A stretch of DNA of 64,000 nt from a candidate division FCPU426 bacterium (GCA_963830915.1 CAWHOE010000027.1:1-64000); one strand, 5' to 3'; shown: positions 44,763-56,852, counted from the first letter of the stretch. Notes: generated by a model from the letters alone, not told the origin. Made by a program: numbers and translations.

Positions 44763-45122
44763 TCACAGTGCTGCAATGATCCGATCCCTGTTTTTCTTGA
44801 GATCGTAGCGTATTCTTCCAATATTAGCGGATTCGTCTGCTACAATTGCAATAAGTTCATCTTCGGATAGGGGTGAAAGGAGGATAGTGCCTTTTTCAAG
44901 TTCGACCAGCATCTGGGCCAGTTGTCCTTTTTCCAGTGATGAGCCCATTGCTCCAGATGTGCCAAGACCTGTGGATGCCATGGCCGCAAGAGCTTCTATA
45001 TCGAATTTTCCTGAAACTGCACTCTCAATAACAAAACCGTCCGTCCCCGCAATTACTGCTGCTGATACTCCGTCTATTTTCAAAAACTCATTCAAAATCG
45101 GTTTTAATAATGTTTGTGCCAT
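44763..45122 (-). CDS. Roadblock/LC7 (MglB-like) domain protein
   Basis: GVSAAVIAGTDGFVI, EALAAM, QMLVELEKG, ANIGRIR. Confidence 0.92.
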   Translation of the reverse strand: MAQTLLKPILNEFLKIDGVSAAVIAGTDGFVIESAVSGKFDIEALAAMASTGLGTSGAMGSSLEKGQLAQMLVELEKGTILLSPLSEDELIAIVADESANIGRIRYDLKKNRDRIIAAL

Positions 45123-45454
45123 CCCATTACCGCCAGTAAATAAATTGCTTAATATCTTTGAATACTTATACTTTGTCTTTTACAAAAAAAACTCCGGGAA
45201 AATTGATGCCTCTTTATTTCCAGAATCCTTCACTTTATAACACGATTTCAATAAACTAGCATAGGTCAATTATCCAAACCGAGGAACAAACGATGACGCA
45301 TTATAAAATACGCGTAAATTCGAAACCTTTCAAAAGGCCGCTGAAGATCCCTCTTGGCATTCACATGGCAGCTATCCTTTTGTTCATCACAATTACTCTG
45401 TGGTATGGCCCGGTAGAAGCATATTTTGCATTATAAGTAGAGGCACAAAGGATA

Positions 45455-47072
45455 TTATAAAAAAACGAGGGGATGGATCTCGGACGCCACGGGTGCATGC
45501 GATTTGATGCGACGGATGAGAGCGAGTTCTGGTGCAAGACCTAGTCCCCGGGAATATATTTCGGCCTGGATCAATTTATCAGCGGTATCCGCGTATTTGT
45601 CCGGGAACTCATCTGCAGAAGTATGATAGAGGAGTGCTTCCGAAAGAAAGCACTGTGCAATACCCCACGTTAAACCAATCTGACAGAAAATATCAAACGC
45701 GTTTAAATATTTAGTATCTATGTCTCGGGGCAGCGGTCTCTCAAAGTGCCGGTACGCGGTTCGTGCTAATTCGCACTCCCCAATAAGGGCCTCAGCAAAC
45801 CTTTTGAGGCTACGGATGCGTTGGGCTGCAGCCTTCAGCTTCCTGGTACAGGCATGCAGACCGTACAAGCAAGTTCTCCTCACCGGTACCGGTGCAGGCA
45901 CGGGCCCGGGCCAGTTCCGCCTGTTCTAATAACAAGGCAGACCGGCCCCGGAAGAGATCGTGACGGTAGACTGACTCTGCGGCATTGTAACAGGTGCATG
46001 CCCCATCCATTTCTCCGGTGAGGCGGCGGAAGACTCCTGTCCTGCACAGGATGTCTCCCCGGAGTTCTTCGACATCAGGGTTGCTATTTTCGGCATCGGC
46101 AATTTTGATGAGTTCAAGCGCTTGGGAAAACCGGGCCGGGGCGCGAGTGGGGCCGATATCCCCGCAAATCAGCTCGATTTCCCCGGCGCCGAACAAGTTT
46201 TTTGCTGCTGCAAACGGGCCGTATGTCTCACTCCTAGTGCCGACAAGGAATGCTTCCTTTGCACCAGTGAAATCGTTTAAGTGCATGAGGATAGTACCCC
46301 GCGAGATCCGTGATCCTGCAAGGATCGCGGAAGGGTCGAGATCCCTGGCTTCAGCAAGGCCTGTTCCTAGATTAAAGACCCCGAATGCTTCCTCGTACAG
46401 GTCTAAACTCAAAAAGAACTCTGCGTACCAGAAAAAGAATCTTGTTTCCTGTTCAAGCGGAGAAGCTGTTGCAACAAATCGGATAAAATCCCGGGCAAGC
46501 GATCCATCGATGTCGCTTGCAGGGACGTTCCCAAAAAAGATGTCCGCGTAGATCCCTTCAAGATAGTCATTAAGGGCGGCCGGGTTGCCGACGTTTTTCT
46601 GAAACGTTTCAAAGGCTGCTGCAATTTCGTGGCTTCGTTCCGTTCGTTGACCTATGGTTGCGATCACTCTAGGCTGGATTGGTTCGGCAGTTCCGCGAGT
46701 AATTTCACCAAGAAGTATCTTGAGATCGAGGAGTTCTCCGGTCGGGTCGTCCCGGCACCTGATACTAATATAACGGTTAAAGAGCCAGGGACGGCGGATG
46801 AAATAGTACGGGTTTGTCCGTTCGCTCGCTGCCCGGGCAAGGATCCCCCGGTCAATCAGCTGATCGAGGCGTTTCCTGAGTGCAGATTCTGATAGGTGAT
46901 GATCTTTTTCCCTGTTTTCCGGCCTTGGTTCTGAAAGGGAATGAATACGGGAAAGGATCTGCCGGATCTTCAATCGACCGTCATATAATACTAGGAGAGT
47001 CTCCTTTGCGGCAAAAGAAAGATCCGGCTCGTCATTCACCATCCGCTCAAATGTCGCCCGGTCAGGATACAT
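45455..47072 (-). CDS. Winged-helix plus TPR-like helical protein (frameshift ~45850)
   Basis: LSESALRKRLDQLIDRGIL + wing, then TPR-like helices (YEEAFGVF, GAKEAF, FSQALEL); continues into ORF 45455-45901. Confidence 0.7.
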
Positions 47073-47277
47073 CGTCTTGTTAGACGTTGGAGCAAACCCT
47101 AACATATAGATTCCGGATTTATTTTGGTTAGTAAACAAATCCGATATAACGTTGGAAAAAAACGCCCTCGTTTTTGCCCGGTTCCTTTTCCTTATATACT
47201 GATGGAACTAACCTAAAAAATAGGCCTGGGAAAGCACAGGCACGCTATAAAGAAACGTCTGTATAAGATGTTATCGG

Positions 47278-47361
47278 AAAGGAACGGGGACGCACCGGAA
47301 ACCCTCTCCCGGCAAGCCTCCTCCAAAGCCCCATACAAGGCAGACAGCCCCCGTTCCTTTT
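47278..47361 (+). ncRNA. Candidate small structured RNA
   Basis: TATAAA at 47246; perfect 12-bp closing stem AAAGGAACGGGG/CCCCGTTCCTTT; internal hairpins; T-run at the end. Confidence 0.45.
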
Positions 47362-47387
47362 AGGCATCATCTATCTTTTCAATTGCG

Positions 47388-48789
47388 TCAATTCCTTACA
47401 GGGTGGTTGTTTTTGTCACCGCGACCTATCCCCCTGTAGATAAACCCATTTGCTATGAAGGCTTCGGGGTCAACCATATTTCTCCCATCCACAATGACCG
47501 GGTGCTTTTTTCCGGTAAGGGTCTTAATTTCACAAGGGTCAAGTGAACGGTATTGGTGGTGACCGGCAAAGATGACAACAGCATCTGCACCCCGTATCGT
47601 CTCTTCAAGCGAGGGCATCAAAGATATACCCGGAGCATGATCCACATACGGATCATGGACGGCAACCGTGGCTCCTGCTGCGATCATGGCGTCACGGTAC
47701 GGTTCTGAAGGGGTGTTTCTCGTATCATCAGAGTTGGAAAGGAATGCCCATCCAAGGAGCGCAATTTTTGCTCCTTTTACCGAAATACTCGCAAGGTCCA
47801 GACCGTCTTTTGTGAGCCTGACCATATGCCGGGGCATGAAATCGTTGATGGTACGTGCAGGTCCAAACAGCGAAGGCTGTCGTTCCGGGTAATCGAGGTC
47901 GCTGTTACCCAGCTGTTGTACGCCGCGTTCGAGATGGTAGGTGTCTTTGGTAAGACAATGGCCGCCAACTCCTGCGCCAGGCCAGAGCATTGCCCGTGTG
48001 ATCCCTTCACCTTTGAGGCTGTCGATACCTGCCCTCACATCGTAAAAGTTGATACCCATTGCCTCGCAGTAAAGGGCCAGCTGGTTTGCCGCCGCGATCT
48101 GGAGATCCCGGAACGTGTTCTCGGCTGTTTTTGTGACCTCAGCCGCTGTTGCTGTCATCGGGATCACTTTTCCGATAGTAAGAACAGGAGAATACAATTC
48201 TACCGCCCGGGCCGTGCTCACCGGATCAATGCCTCCGACAACACGGTCATGTTCTCTGATATTTCGGATCAGCCGGCCTACCATCACCCGTTCAGGAGCA
48301 TGAGCAAGAGCAAAATCGATACCGGCAACAAGTCCGGATTCTTCTTCAAGCATAACGCTAACCGGGCCGGCTGTTGTTCCCGGGGTGATGGTGGATTCAA
48401 GAACCACAAGCATTCCCGGCTTGAGGTTGCGACCCACATTCCGGATACCTTCATATAAAGCTGAGAAATCCGGGATAACGGCTCTCCTTGTTCTTAAAGG
48501 GTGTCTGGATGGAAAGGGTAACAGCGTCAAGTCCGGCAATTTTAGTAAAATCGCTTGTACATTCGAACTTTTTTTCATTTACCACTTTTCCAAGGAGGTC
48601 TTCAAGATCCGGTTCCTCGCCTTTAAGCGGGCTTTCCCCCCGGTTGAGCATCGCGATCTTATGTCCCGACGAGGGTGAATCCCTCTGAAACCCATACACG
48701 TGAGAAAAATACGGGGAGTTGGCGAAAAATACCGCTGCCGGTATACCGACATATCCCATGCCGATAACGCCAATCTTTTTTATGGGCAC
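47388..48789 (-). CDS. UDP-N-acetylhexosamine 6-dehydrogenase (WbpA/WecC-like; frameshift ~48480)
   Basis: GMGYVG, ESTITPGTT, HAPER, K.AENTFRD, GVGGHCL. Confidence 0.92.
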
Positions 48790-48819
48790 CGCGGTTGTCG
48801 ATCTGCGCCTGAAGCGTCA

Positions 48820-49740
48820 TCACACTACCCCGGGAAGGAAACCCGCCTGAATTTCTTCGCTCAAGACGAGGTTACGGATTGCCTGTTCCGGGGTGACCGG
48901 GAACTGCAGGTGGTTCTGAGCGCAGGAAATAAACGTCGCCAGCTCCACTTTAAGAGGTTCAACTTTATTGACAGTTACTTTTTCGATGATGTTTTCCTGG
49001 ACATATCGTTCATTTTCGAATTGGTACTGGCCGGGTTTGCGATAAATCGTCACTTCCTGGCTCATGAAGTCTCCTTCAACGGTGAAATCCTCTTCTTCAA
49101 TATAGATCATACGGATCTTCTTGGATGCTTTGCGGCTTGCCGAGAGCGCTACCGGCACACCGTCGCACTCCATAAGCACACTGCACAGGTCACCATTTCC
49201 AACGGAATGGACATTGCTTGGGGTTTTCATAAACGCGTTAAGAATAATGTCGATATCATGGATCATCAGGTCTTCCACGACAGAACTCCCCGTGACCCGG
49301 GCTGACGCCGGGTTGTGCCGTTTCATCTCGATGAACAAAGGATTGGTGACGATCTTTTTTATCTCAGAAACGATAGGATTAAACCGCTCGATATGGCCAA
49401 CACCTATAGTGGTACCTGCCGGGGCACAGGCCATGAGCGTTTGTGCCTCTTTAGCAGTTGCACAAATCGGTTTTTCGATAAAAGCATGTTTTCCAGCGAG
49501 GAAGACCTGCCGGGCGACTGCCGCATGGAATTGAGTCGGCACACAAACACTTACCGCATCCACATGGTTAAGCAGGTCGTCAACCGTCTTATATGCAGTA
49601 GCACCGTGTTGAGTGCCAATATCGGTAGCTGCCTGCATATTCACATCGCAAACCCCGAGATGAGCTACACTTTTGAGTTCTGAGTAGACACGGACATGGT
49701 TTCTTCCCATAGAACCGACGCCGATAACCCCGACATCCAT
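48820..49740 (-). CDS. Gfo/Idh/MocA oxidoreductase (WbpB-like)
   Basis: GVGSMGRNH, EKPI, GHIERFNP, DLMIHDID. Confidence 0.92.
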   Translation of the reverse strand: MDVGVIGVGSMGRNHVRVYSELKSVAHLGVCDVNMQAATDIGTQHGATAYKTVDDLLNHVDAVSVCVPTQFHAAVARQVFLAGKHAFIEKPICATAKEAQTLMACAPAGTTIGVGHIERFNPIVSEIKKIVTNPLFIEMKRHNPASARVTGSSVVEDLMIHDIDIILNAFMKTPSNVHSVGNGDLCSVLMECDGVPVALSASRKASKKIRMIYIEEEDFTVEGDFMSQEVTIYRKPGQYQFENERYVQENIIEKVTVNKVEPLKVELATFISCAQNHLQFPVTPEQAIRNLVLSEEIQAGFLPGVV

Positions 49741-49741
49741 A

Positions 49742-50833
49742 TTATTTCACCTTATTTACGGTTTCGCAGACATATGCAAGATCTTTTGTATCAAGTGACG
49801 GGTGTACCGGCAATGAGAGCACCGATGAAGAAAGCTGAGTAGCCACCGGGCAGGGATCTGGTTCTGCTACCGGTGCATATAGGGGTTGCCGGTGGATCGG
49901 AATGGGGTAGTGCACTGCCGATCCGATACCTTTTCCTTTAAGATAGTCCATAAACGCGGTCCGCGAAAGAGGGAACTCATCGGTGAGCCGGACGACGTAC
50001 TGATGGTATACATGCGTAACATTGTCAGAAACCACGGGTTTTTTAAGGCCTTTTGCCGTAAGGTTCGCCGCATAGTAATCTGCGTTTTTTCTCCGGCGCT
50101 GATTGAATTTGTCCAGTTTTTTAAGCTGCACAATACCGATAGCCGCGGCAATATCAGTCATCCGGTAATTATAACCAAGCACGGTGTGAAGGTATTTCTC
50201 GCTTTGGCCGTGGTTGATGAGGAGTCTGAGCCGGTCAGCAGTCGGTTTGTCGCTGGTGGTAATCATCCCACCCTCCCCGGTGATCATATTTTTAGTGGCA
50301 TAGAACGAGAAACACCCGGCTTTGCCGAAATTACCCACTTTGACACCATGGTACTGGGCCCCATGAGCTTGTGCTGCGTCCTCTAAAAGGACAAGGTTAT
50401 GCTCCTCGCAGATTTCCTGGATGGAATCGACATCGAACGGCTGGCCGAAAAGATGGACACCTATGACTGCCTTTGTCTTTGACGTTCTACGTTCATTTAC
50501 CTGATCCGGTCGGATATTGAAAGTCTGCTCGTCTACATCGGCAAAAACAGGTTTTGCACCGCACATCGAAACGGCGGTGGCAGTAGCAATAAATGAAAAT
50601 GCAGGAACAATTACTTCATCGCCGGGACCGATATCGCATGCCAGAAGGGCGGCATGGAGTGCAGTGGTACCGTTGCTGACAGCGACAGCTTGTGCGGTGC
50701 CACAGTACGTGGCAAATTTCTGCTCGAATTCTGCAACTTTATCGCCTTGTGCGAGCATTCCGGACTTCAAAACATCCGATACTGCCGCCACCTCATCCGG
50801 GCCAATTACCGGCCGCGCTATTGGTATCTGCAT
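49742..50833 (-). CDS. DegT/DnrJ/EryC1/StrS aminotransferase (WbpE-like)
   Basis: SNGTTAL, EDAAQAHG, SFYATKNMITGEGG, GYNYRM. Confidence 0.94.
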   Translation of the reverse strand: MQIPIARPVIGPDEVAAVSDVLKSGMLAQGDKVAEFEQKFATYCGTAQAVAVSNGTTALHAALLACDIGPGDEVIVPAFSFIATATAVSMCGAKPVFADVDEQTFNIRPDQVNERRTSKTKAVIGVHLFGQPFDVDSIQEICEEHNLVLLEDAAQAHGAQYHGVKVGNFGKAGCFSFYATKNMITGEGGMITTSDKPTADRLRLLINHGQSEKYLHTVLGYNYRMTDIAAAIGIVQLKKLDKFNQRRRKNADYYAANLTAKGLKKPVVSDNVTHVYHQYVVRLTDEFPLSRTAFMDYLKGKGIGSAVHYPIPIHRQPLYAPVAEPDPCPVATQLSSSVLSLPVHPSLDTKDLAYVCETVNKVK

Positions 50834-50976
50834 GCTTTTTTCATTCCCCTTTAAAAACAAAACGCCTTTCAAAGTTAATAGATACAATCCGATAATATCA
50901 TTGCTGTCGTGCTATCTTTTGTGTAGGGAAAAAATGAAGATAGGTACATTAGGGCGGAACGTTCATATGATCCTGA

Positions 50977-51896
<920 letters not shown>

Positions 51897-51900
<4 letters not shown>

Positions 51901-52391
51901 AACACTTAGCGTCTCCCGACACCAACAATGAGGATGGAGAAGGTCTTCTTGTCCGGCGTATCAAGAACGGGACCGTGATAGATCACATCGACGGTGGCGA
52001 AGCACTTAACGTTGTAAAGATTCTTGGCATTGTCGGGACAACCACAGAAGCGCTTACAATAGCGACCAATGTCCCCAGTAAGAACATGGGTATGAAGGAT
52101 ATTGTCAAGATTTCCGACCGTGAGCTTTCCAAAGAAGAGGTCGACCGTATTGCACTTATCTCGCCCCGGGCAACTATCAACATTGTCAGGAACTATAAAG
52201 TCTGCGAAAAGAAGGGTGTCGAAATTCCTACGCTGATCGTCGGAAGCGTACGATGTCCAAATCCCGGCTGTATCACCCGGACCAACGAACCGATTCGTAG
52301 CAGGTTTGCAGTGCTCCCGGACGGGAAAGGTCTCCGTTGTATTTACTGTGATTCTGTAATTACCAAAGACCTCACCAGTTTCATCATATAA
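51897..52391 (+). CDS. pyrI: Aspartate carbamoyltransferase regulatory subunit
   Basis: [21 protein letters not shown]. Confidence 0.95.
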
Positions 52392-52401
52392 CCAGGCCTC
52401 T

Positions 52402-52899
52402 TTATACATGCGAATGTGTTTGGATCAAGTGACCGTGGATATCGATCTCGCCACGCCAGATTCTGGTTGAGGAAATCCAACGACCATCTTCGGCCAGCAC
52501 GCACGTAATCTGGTGAATATCAACTTTACGTAGCTTTCGTTCACGCCGCAACTTGTTTATCTCTACTGCGACCGGCAGGGTTTCCTCAGATACAACAATA
52601 GCATCAAAATCGGTATCTAGTGCCGAACCGTAACGGTCACCAAGAGGCTCAATTTCCCAGCGAGTGGCATACTTTTTCTGGAGGGCATGGGTTGAGATAG
52701 CCCCCGTAATGAACTTTTCAAGATCGGCTTCACGCTCGGCAAACGGGTGGATCGGATGGGTTTTTCGGCTTGCAAACGAGTCGGTCGTAAGCCCGATGAC
52801 GACCTGACCTTCGGGTCCGGCAAGTTCGAACGACCGGGTCAAAAGGCGTTTATGTCCGTCGTGCAGGGGATCGAAAGTGCCCCCTACCATAACCTTCAT
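52402..52899 (-). CDS. coaD: Phosphopantetheine adenylyltransferase (archaeal type)
   Basis: GGTFDPLHDGH, VVSEET, ISSTRI..GEID. Confidence 0.92.
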   Translation of the reverse strand: MKVMVGGTFDPLHDGHKRLLTRSFELAGPEGQVVIGLTTDSFASRKTHPIHPFAEREADLEKFITGAISTHALQKKYATRWEIEPLGDRYGSALDTDFDAIVVSEETLPVAVEINKLRRERKLRKVDIHQITCVLAEDGRWISSTRIWRGEIDIHGHLIQTHSHV

Positions 52900-52935
52900 A
52901 CTGTCTGTACGTTAAGTTCCTATGGTATTATGGGT

Positions 52936-53424
52936 ATGGATGCGAAGATCGCGGGTACACCTCTCTGGTGTGCACCCAACGCGACGGTGATTGGCAAAAT
53001 AACCGTTGGCAAGGATGTCGGGATATGGTTTGGCGCGGTCATCCGGGCCGACAAAGACCGGATCGTCATTGGTGACCGGTCGAATATCCAGGATAACTGC
53101 GTCGTCCATACCAGTGCCGGATTTCCGACAACAGTCGGGTGCGATGTATCTATAGGCCACGGGGCAATCCTTCATGGGTGCACCATCGGGGACCGGGTAC
53201 TTATTGGCATGGGAGCGATTGTGTTAAACGGTGCAACAGTCGGCGAATATTCCATTATCGGCGCTGGAGCGGTTGTTACCGAGGGCATGCAGGTACCGGC
53301 GGGTTCACTCGTGCTCGGTGTTCCGGGAAAAGTAATCAAAGAGACGACCGAGATCCAACGGGACCATATCGTCGAAAATGCGCAGTCATACGTCAGACTT
53401 GCCAGGGACTATATCCATGAATGA
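52936..53424 (+). CDS. Gamma-carbonic anhydrase family (left-handed beta-helix) protein
   Basis: IWFGAVIRAD, SNIQDNCVVH, IGHGAILHGC. Confidence 0.92.
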   Translation: MDAKIAGTPLWCAPNATVIGKITVGKDVGIWFGAVIRADKDRIVIGDRSNIQDNCVVHTSAGFPTTVGCDVSIGHGAILHGCTIGDRVLIGMGAIVLNGATVGEYSIIGAGAVVTEGMQVPAGSLVLGVPGKVIKETTEIQRDHIVENAQSYVRLARDYIHE

Positions 53425-54708
53425 CGTTGTTGTCATCGGGGCAGGTGTAGCCGGTATTCAGGCTGCATTGGATCTCGCAAACCATGGTAGTATCGTCCAC
53501 CTCATCGAGCGGGAACCCACCATCGGCGGCCATATGGCACAGCTCGACAAGACGTTTCCTACAAACGACTGTTCCATGTGTATTCTCTCCCCTAAAATGG
53601 TGGACGTCCAGCGCCATGAAAATATCAGGATCCATACACTTTCCGAGGTTGTGTGTGTTGAAGGTAAGGAAGGGGATTTCCGGGTCACCGTGCACGAATA
53701 TCCCCGGTATATTGATATAGTGACCTGCACCGGCTGTGGTGACTGCATCCAGATCTGCCCGGTTGAGGTCTACAACCGGTTCGATGCCGGGATTGGTGTC
53801 CGTAAAGCGATTTACAAGCCCCATCCTCAGGCAGTCCCGGACCGTGTCATCAAGGATGCCGAACACTGTATAGAATGCGGGCTCTGTTATGATGTGTGTG
53901 GGCCCCAGGCGATACTTCGCGATGACAAAGAGAAAGAGATCGTCATCGAAGCTTCATCAGTTGTAGTGGCTACAGGGTACGATGTATTTGATGCCCGGCA
54001 GAAAAGTCCGCTTGGGTACCTGAAATTCCCCGATGTGATTACAAGTCTCGAACTGGAGCGGATGATAAACGCCAGTGGCCCGACCGGGGGACAAATCCGG
54101 CGATTGAGCGACGGACGGGAACCAGAACATATCGTTTTTATCCAGTGTGTAGGATCCCGGGACATGACCCTTGGCCGGCCATGGTGTTCCTGCGTCTGCT
54201 GCATGCAGGCAATAAAGAACGCGATGCTCATTAAAGAAAAGCACCCGTCAATTGCAGTCACCATTTTGTATATGGACATCAGGGCCTACGGCAAAGGGTA
54301 CGAAGAATACTATGAGCGGGCAAAAACTGCCGGTGTCCGGTTCCTGCGGGGAATGCCGTCCGATGTGCGAGCTGATGCAAAAGGGCTCGGCATCCAGATA
54401 GAGAACACGGAAAATGGGGCGATCGAAGTACTCCATCCCGATCTTGTCGTGCTCTCTGTCGGCATTCAGCCCGGGAACGCAACCGCAGCACTTGCTGGTA
54501 TGCTAGGTATAGCACGCGAAGAAACCGGGTTCTTGCAGTCAGCCCATGACGCAGTGGATCCTACAGGTACAATCTGGCGGGCATCTATGTAGCCGGGACC
54601 GCAGTCTCCCCAAAAGACATCCCCGACAGTGTTGCTTCAGGAGAATCTGCTGCCATGAAGGCGTTTGTCAGTTCCAAAAAAGGGAAAGTCCGAGGTCGAT
54701 CCCGGTGA
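53417..54708 (+). CDS. hdrA: Short HdrA-like FAD/Fe-S protein (frameshift ~54575)
   Basis: GAGVAG, LDKTFPTNDCSMCI, 2x[4Fe-4S] ferredoxin, CVGSRD..CSCVCC, PKDIPDSV; ends shortly afterwards. Confidence 0.88.
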
Positions 54709-55767
54709 AGGATACGTTAACTCTTTGGTGGGACGAGGATGAAGAAGGAATCCGGTATATCGACCAGACCAAACTTCCTGGCGAATTTTCGGTTGCTCTC
54801 TGTACCACCATCGACCGGCTCATTACAGCAATCCAGCGGCTGGAAATCCGAGGAGCCCCGGCACTTGGTGTTGCCGGGGGGTATGGTGTGGCCCTTGCTG
54901 CAGCTACCTCCACGGGAACATCGTTTAAAGAATTTTTGCATGACGTAAAGGGAAAGGCGGAGCGTATCCGGACGAGCAGGCCGACGGCAGTCAACCTTGG
55001 CTGGGGCGTCGAACGAGTGCTTGCCCGGGTGCTGGAAGAGACTGATATCGAAGAAGCCCGGACTGCAGCCCTTTCCGAGGCCCGGAAAATCGCCGATGAA
55101 GATACCCGGTGCTGCCATGCTATTGGCGACTGCGGGGCTGCCCTTCTTCCTGACAAATGCACAATCCTTACGCACTGCAACGCAGGAGCCCTTGCCTGTT
55201 CTTCATGGGGAACTGCATTAGGGGTGATCCGATCCGCTGTGGAGAGAGGAAAAGAGGTAAAGGTAATCGCCTGTGAGACACGTCCTCTCCTGCAGGGTGC
55301 ACGGCTTACTGCATGGGAACTGGCGCGGGACGGCATTGACGTAACCATTATAGGCGATTCCATGGCTGCCCATATGATGCAGACCACCCAAATTAACGCC
55401 GTTATGGTCGGCGCCGACCGTATCACTGGCGATGCGGTTTTTAACAAGATCGGGACATATATGCACGCGGTCTGCGCCCGCCACCATTGCATACCATTTT
55501 ATGTGGCTGCTCCGCTCTCCACGTTCGATGCTATACATAAGGAACGGGAAGTAACCATTGAAGAACGGGGACGCGATGAGCTCGCGTGTACTGGGAGACC
55601 GCACCCTGATCCCGGATGGTGTACCGGTAAGGAACTATGCGTTCGATGCAACGCCCATGGAACTGGTGAGTGCGATCATTACCGAACACGGTATTGTACG
55701 GCCCCCGTTTGCTATCAACGCACTTTTATCTCACGCGGGACCTAAAGATAACGGTTGCCTGAAATGA
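54705..55767 (+). CDS. mtnA: Methylthioribose-1-phosphate isomerase (frameshift ~55590)
   Basis: IDQTKLP, IRGAP, RPTAVNL, THCNAGALA, ETRP, NKIGT, FDATP. Confidence 0.92.
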
Positions 55768-56474
55768 CATTCCCGATTATCGATCTCGGCCAGTTTCACG
55801 ATCTGTTGTATCTCGTAGGCGAAGCGACAGTCCTCTTTATTATAGGAGCCATTCTCGTATCATTTGTTCTTGTAGTAATTTCCCTGTTCTCGATCAGGAA
55901 AGGGCACCTCTATTTCCCACGGCTCATTAAAGCGGGCAAAGTTTTTCTTGAAGGGTTCATGAAAGCATTCTTCCGGCTGCTCGGCCTTGAAGACCGGGAA
56001 ATGCTGACTTTTTTTATTAAGATCCACAATGCGATGAACGCGAACTCATTCTCCCTTGTGCCACTTACCGAACGCGCGATTTTTGTCCCCCAATGTCTGC
56101 GATCTGCACGATGCCCGGCGCACCTGACACCGGAGGGACTTAAATGTGTAAACTGCGGGCAATGTACTGTCGGTGAAGCCAGGATCTTACTTGAAAAACT
56201 GGGCTACCGCGTCTTTGTCATTCCCGGCTCATCGTTCATCAAAAGGATGGTCAAAAAATACCATCCAAAAGCGATAATCGGCGTCGGCTGCCTGACTGAA
56301 GTGAAAGAAGGGATAGATATGGCCGACAAAATCGGCCTTGTCTCAATGGGCGTCGTTACGGTAAAAGAGGGATGCGTCGAGACGCTTGTTAACTGGCAGG
56401 ATATCTACGATGTGGCGGTGCTGGGACTCGATCCGGCTTCAGTTCCCGAGGACCTTCATGCTCTTACCAGTTAA
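55764..56474 (+). CDS. DUF116 family protein
   Basis: PQCLR...CPA, C..CG.C, PGSS, GVGC..E. Confidence 0.85.
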   Translation: MTFPIIDLGQFHDLLYLVGEATVLFIIGAILVSFVLVVISLFSIRKGHLYFPRLIKAGKVFLEGFMKAFFRLLGLEDREMLTFFIKIHNAMNANSFSLVPLTERAIFVPQCLRSARCPAHLTPEGLKCVNCGQCTVGEARILLEKLGYRVFVIPGSSFIKRMVKKYHPKAIIGVGCLTEVKEGIDMADKIGLVSMGVVTVKEGCVETLVNWQDIYDVAVLGLDPASVPEDLHALTS

Positions 56475-56852
56475 CTTGCCGCTTTTTATCTTCCCATGGA
56501 TGACAATGGCGTCAGCACAGGTCACGTCGCCGACGTGGACATCGGGCCGGATAATAACTTTTCCTCCTGCGTTCACACTATAAACCACACAGTGATCAAG
56601 AAGAGTTACGTCTCCGGTAGCGTTAAGCGGGCCTTTTATTTTCGCATGAGACCCTATAACAGCACTTCCGCAGGAAATATCAAGCGCTACGCTTGATTTC
56701 ATGCCCAGTTCAAGTTTCCCGGTGACCACGAGCCGGCCCCAGAAATGGGTCCGGGCAGGCACGATAAAATCTCCGTCAATCCTGACATTGCCTTCGTAAT
56801 ACGCTCCTTTGGGTGCATAAAACGTGCTGCCTTTCTGGATGACGTCTGCCAT
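56439..56852 (-). CDS. Bactofilin-like beta-solenoid protein
   Basis: Repeated G.V.I.G and G.L.V.G strands. Confidence 0.65.
   Translation of the reverse strand: MADVIQKGSTFYAPKGAYYEGNVRIDGDFIVPARTHFWGRLVVTGKLELGMKSSVALDISCGSAVIGSHAKIKGPLNATGDVTLLDHCVVYSVNAGGKVIIRPDVHVGDVTCADAIVIHGKIKSGKLTGKSMKVLGN

Noticed and set aside
47268..47363. 31-codon ORF as a quorum-sensing peptide for the wHTH-TPR protein
   Set aside because: No RBS or signal-peptide character; the RNA structure explains the sequence better
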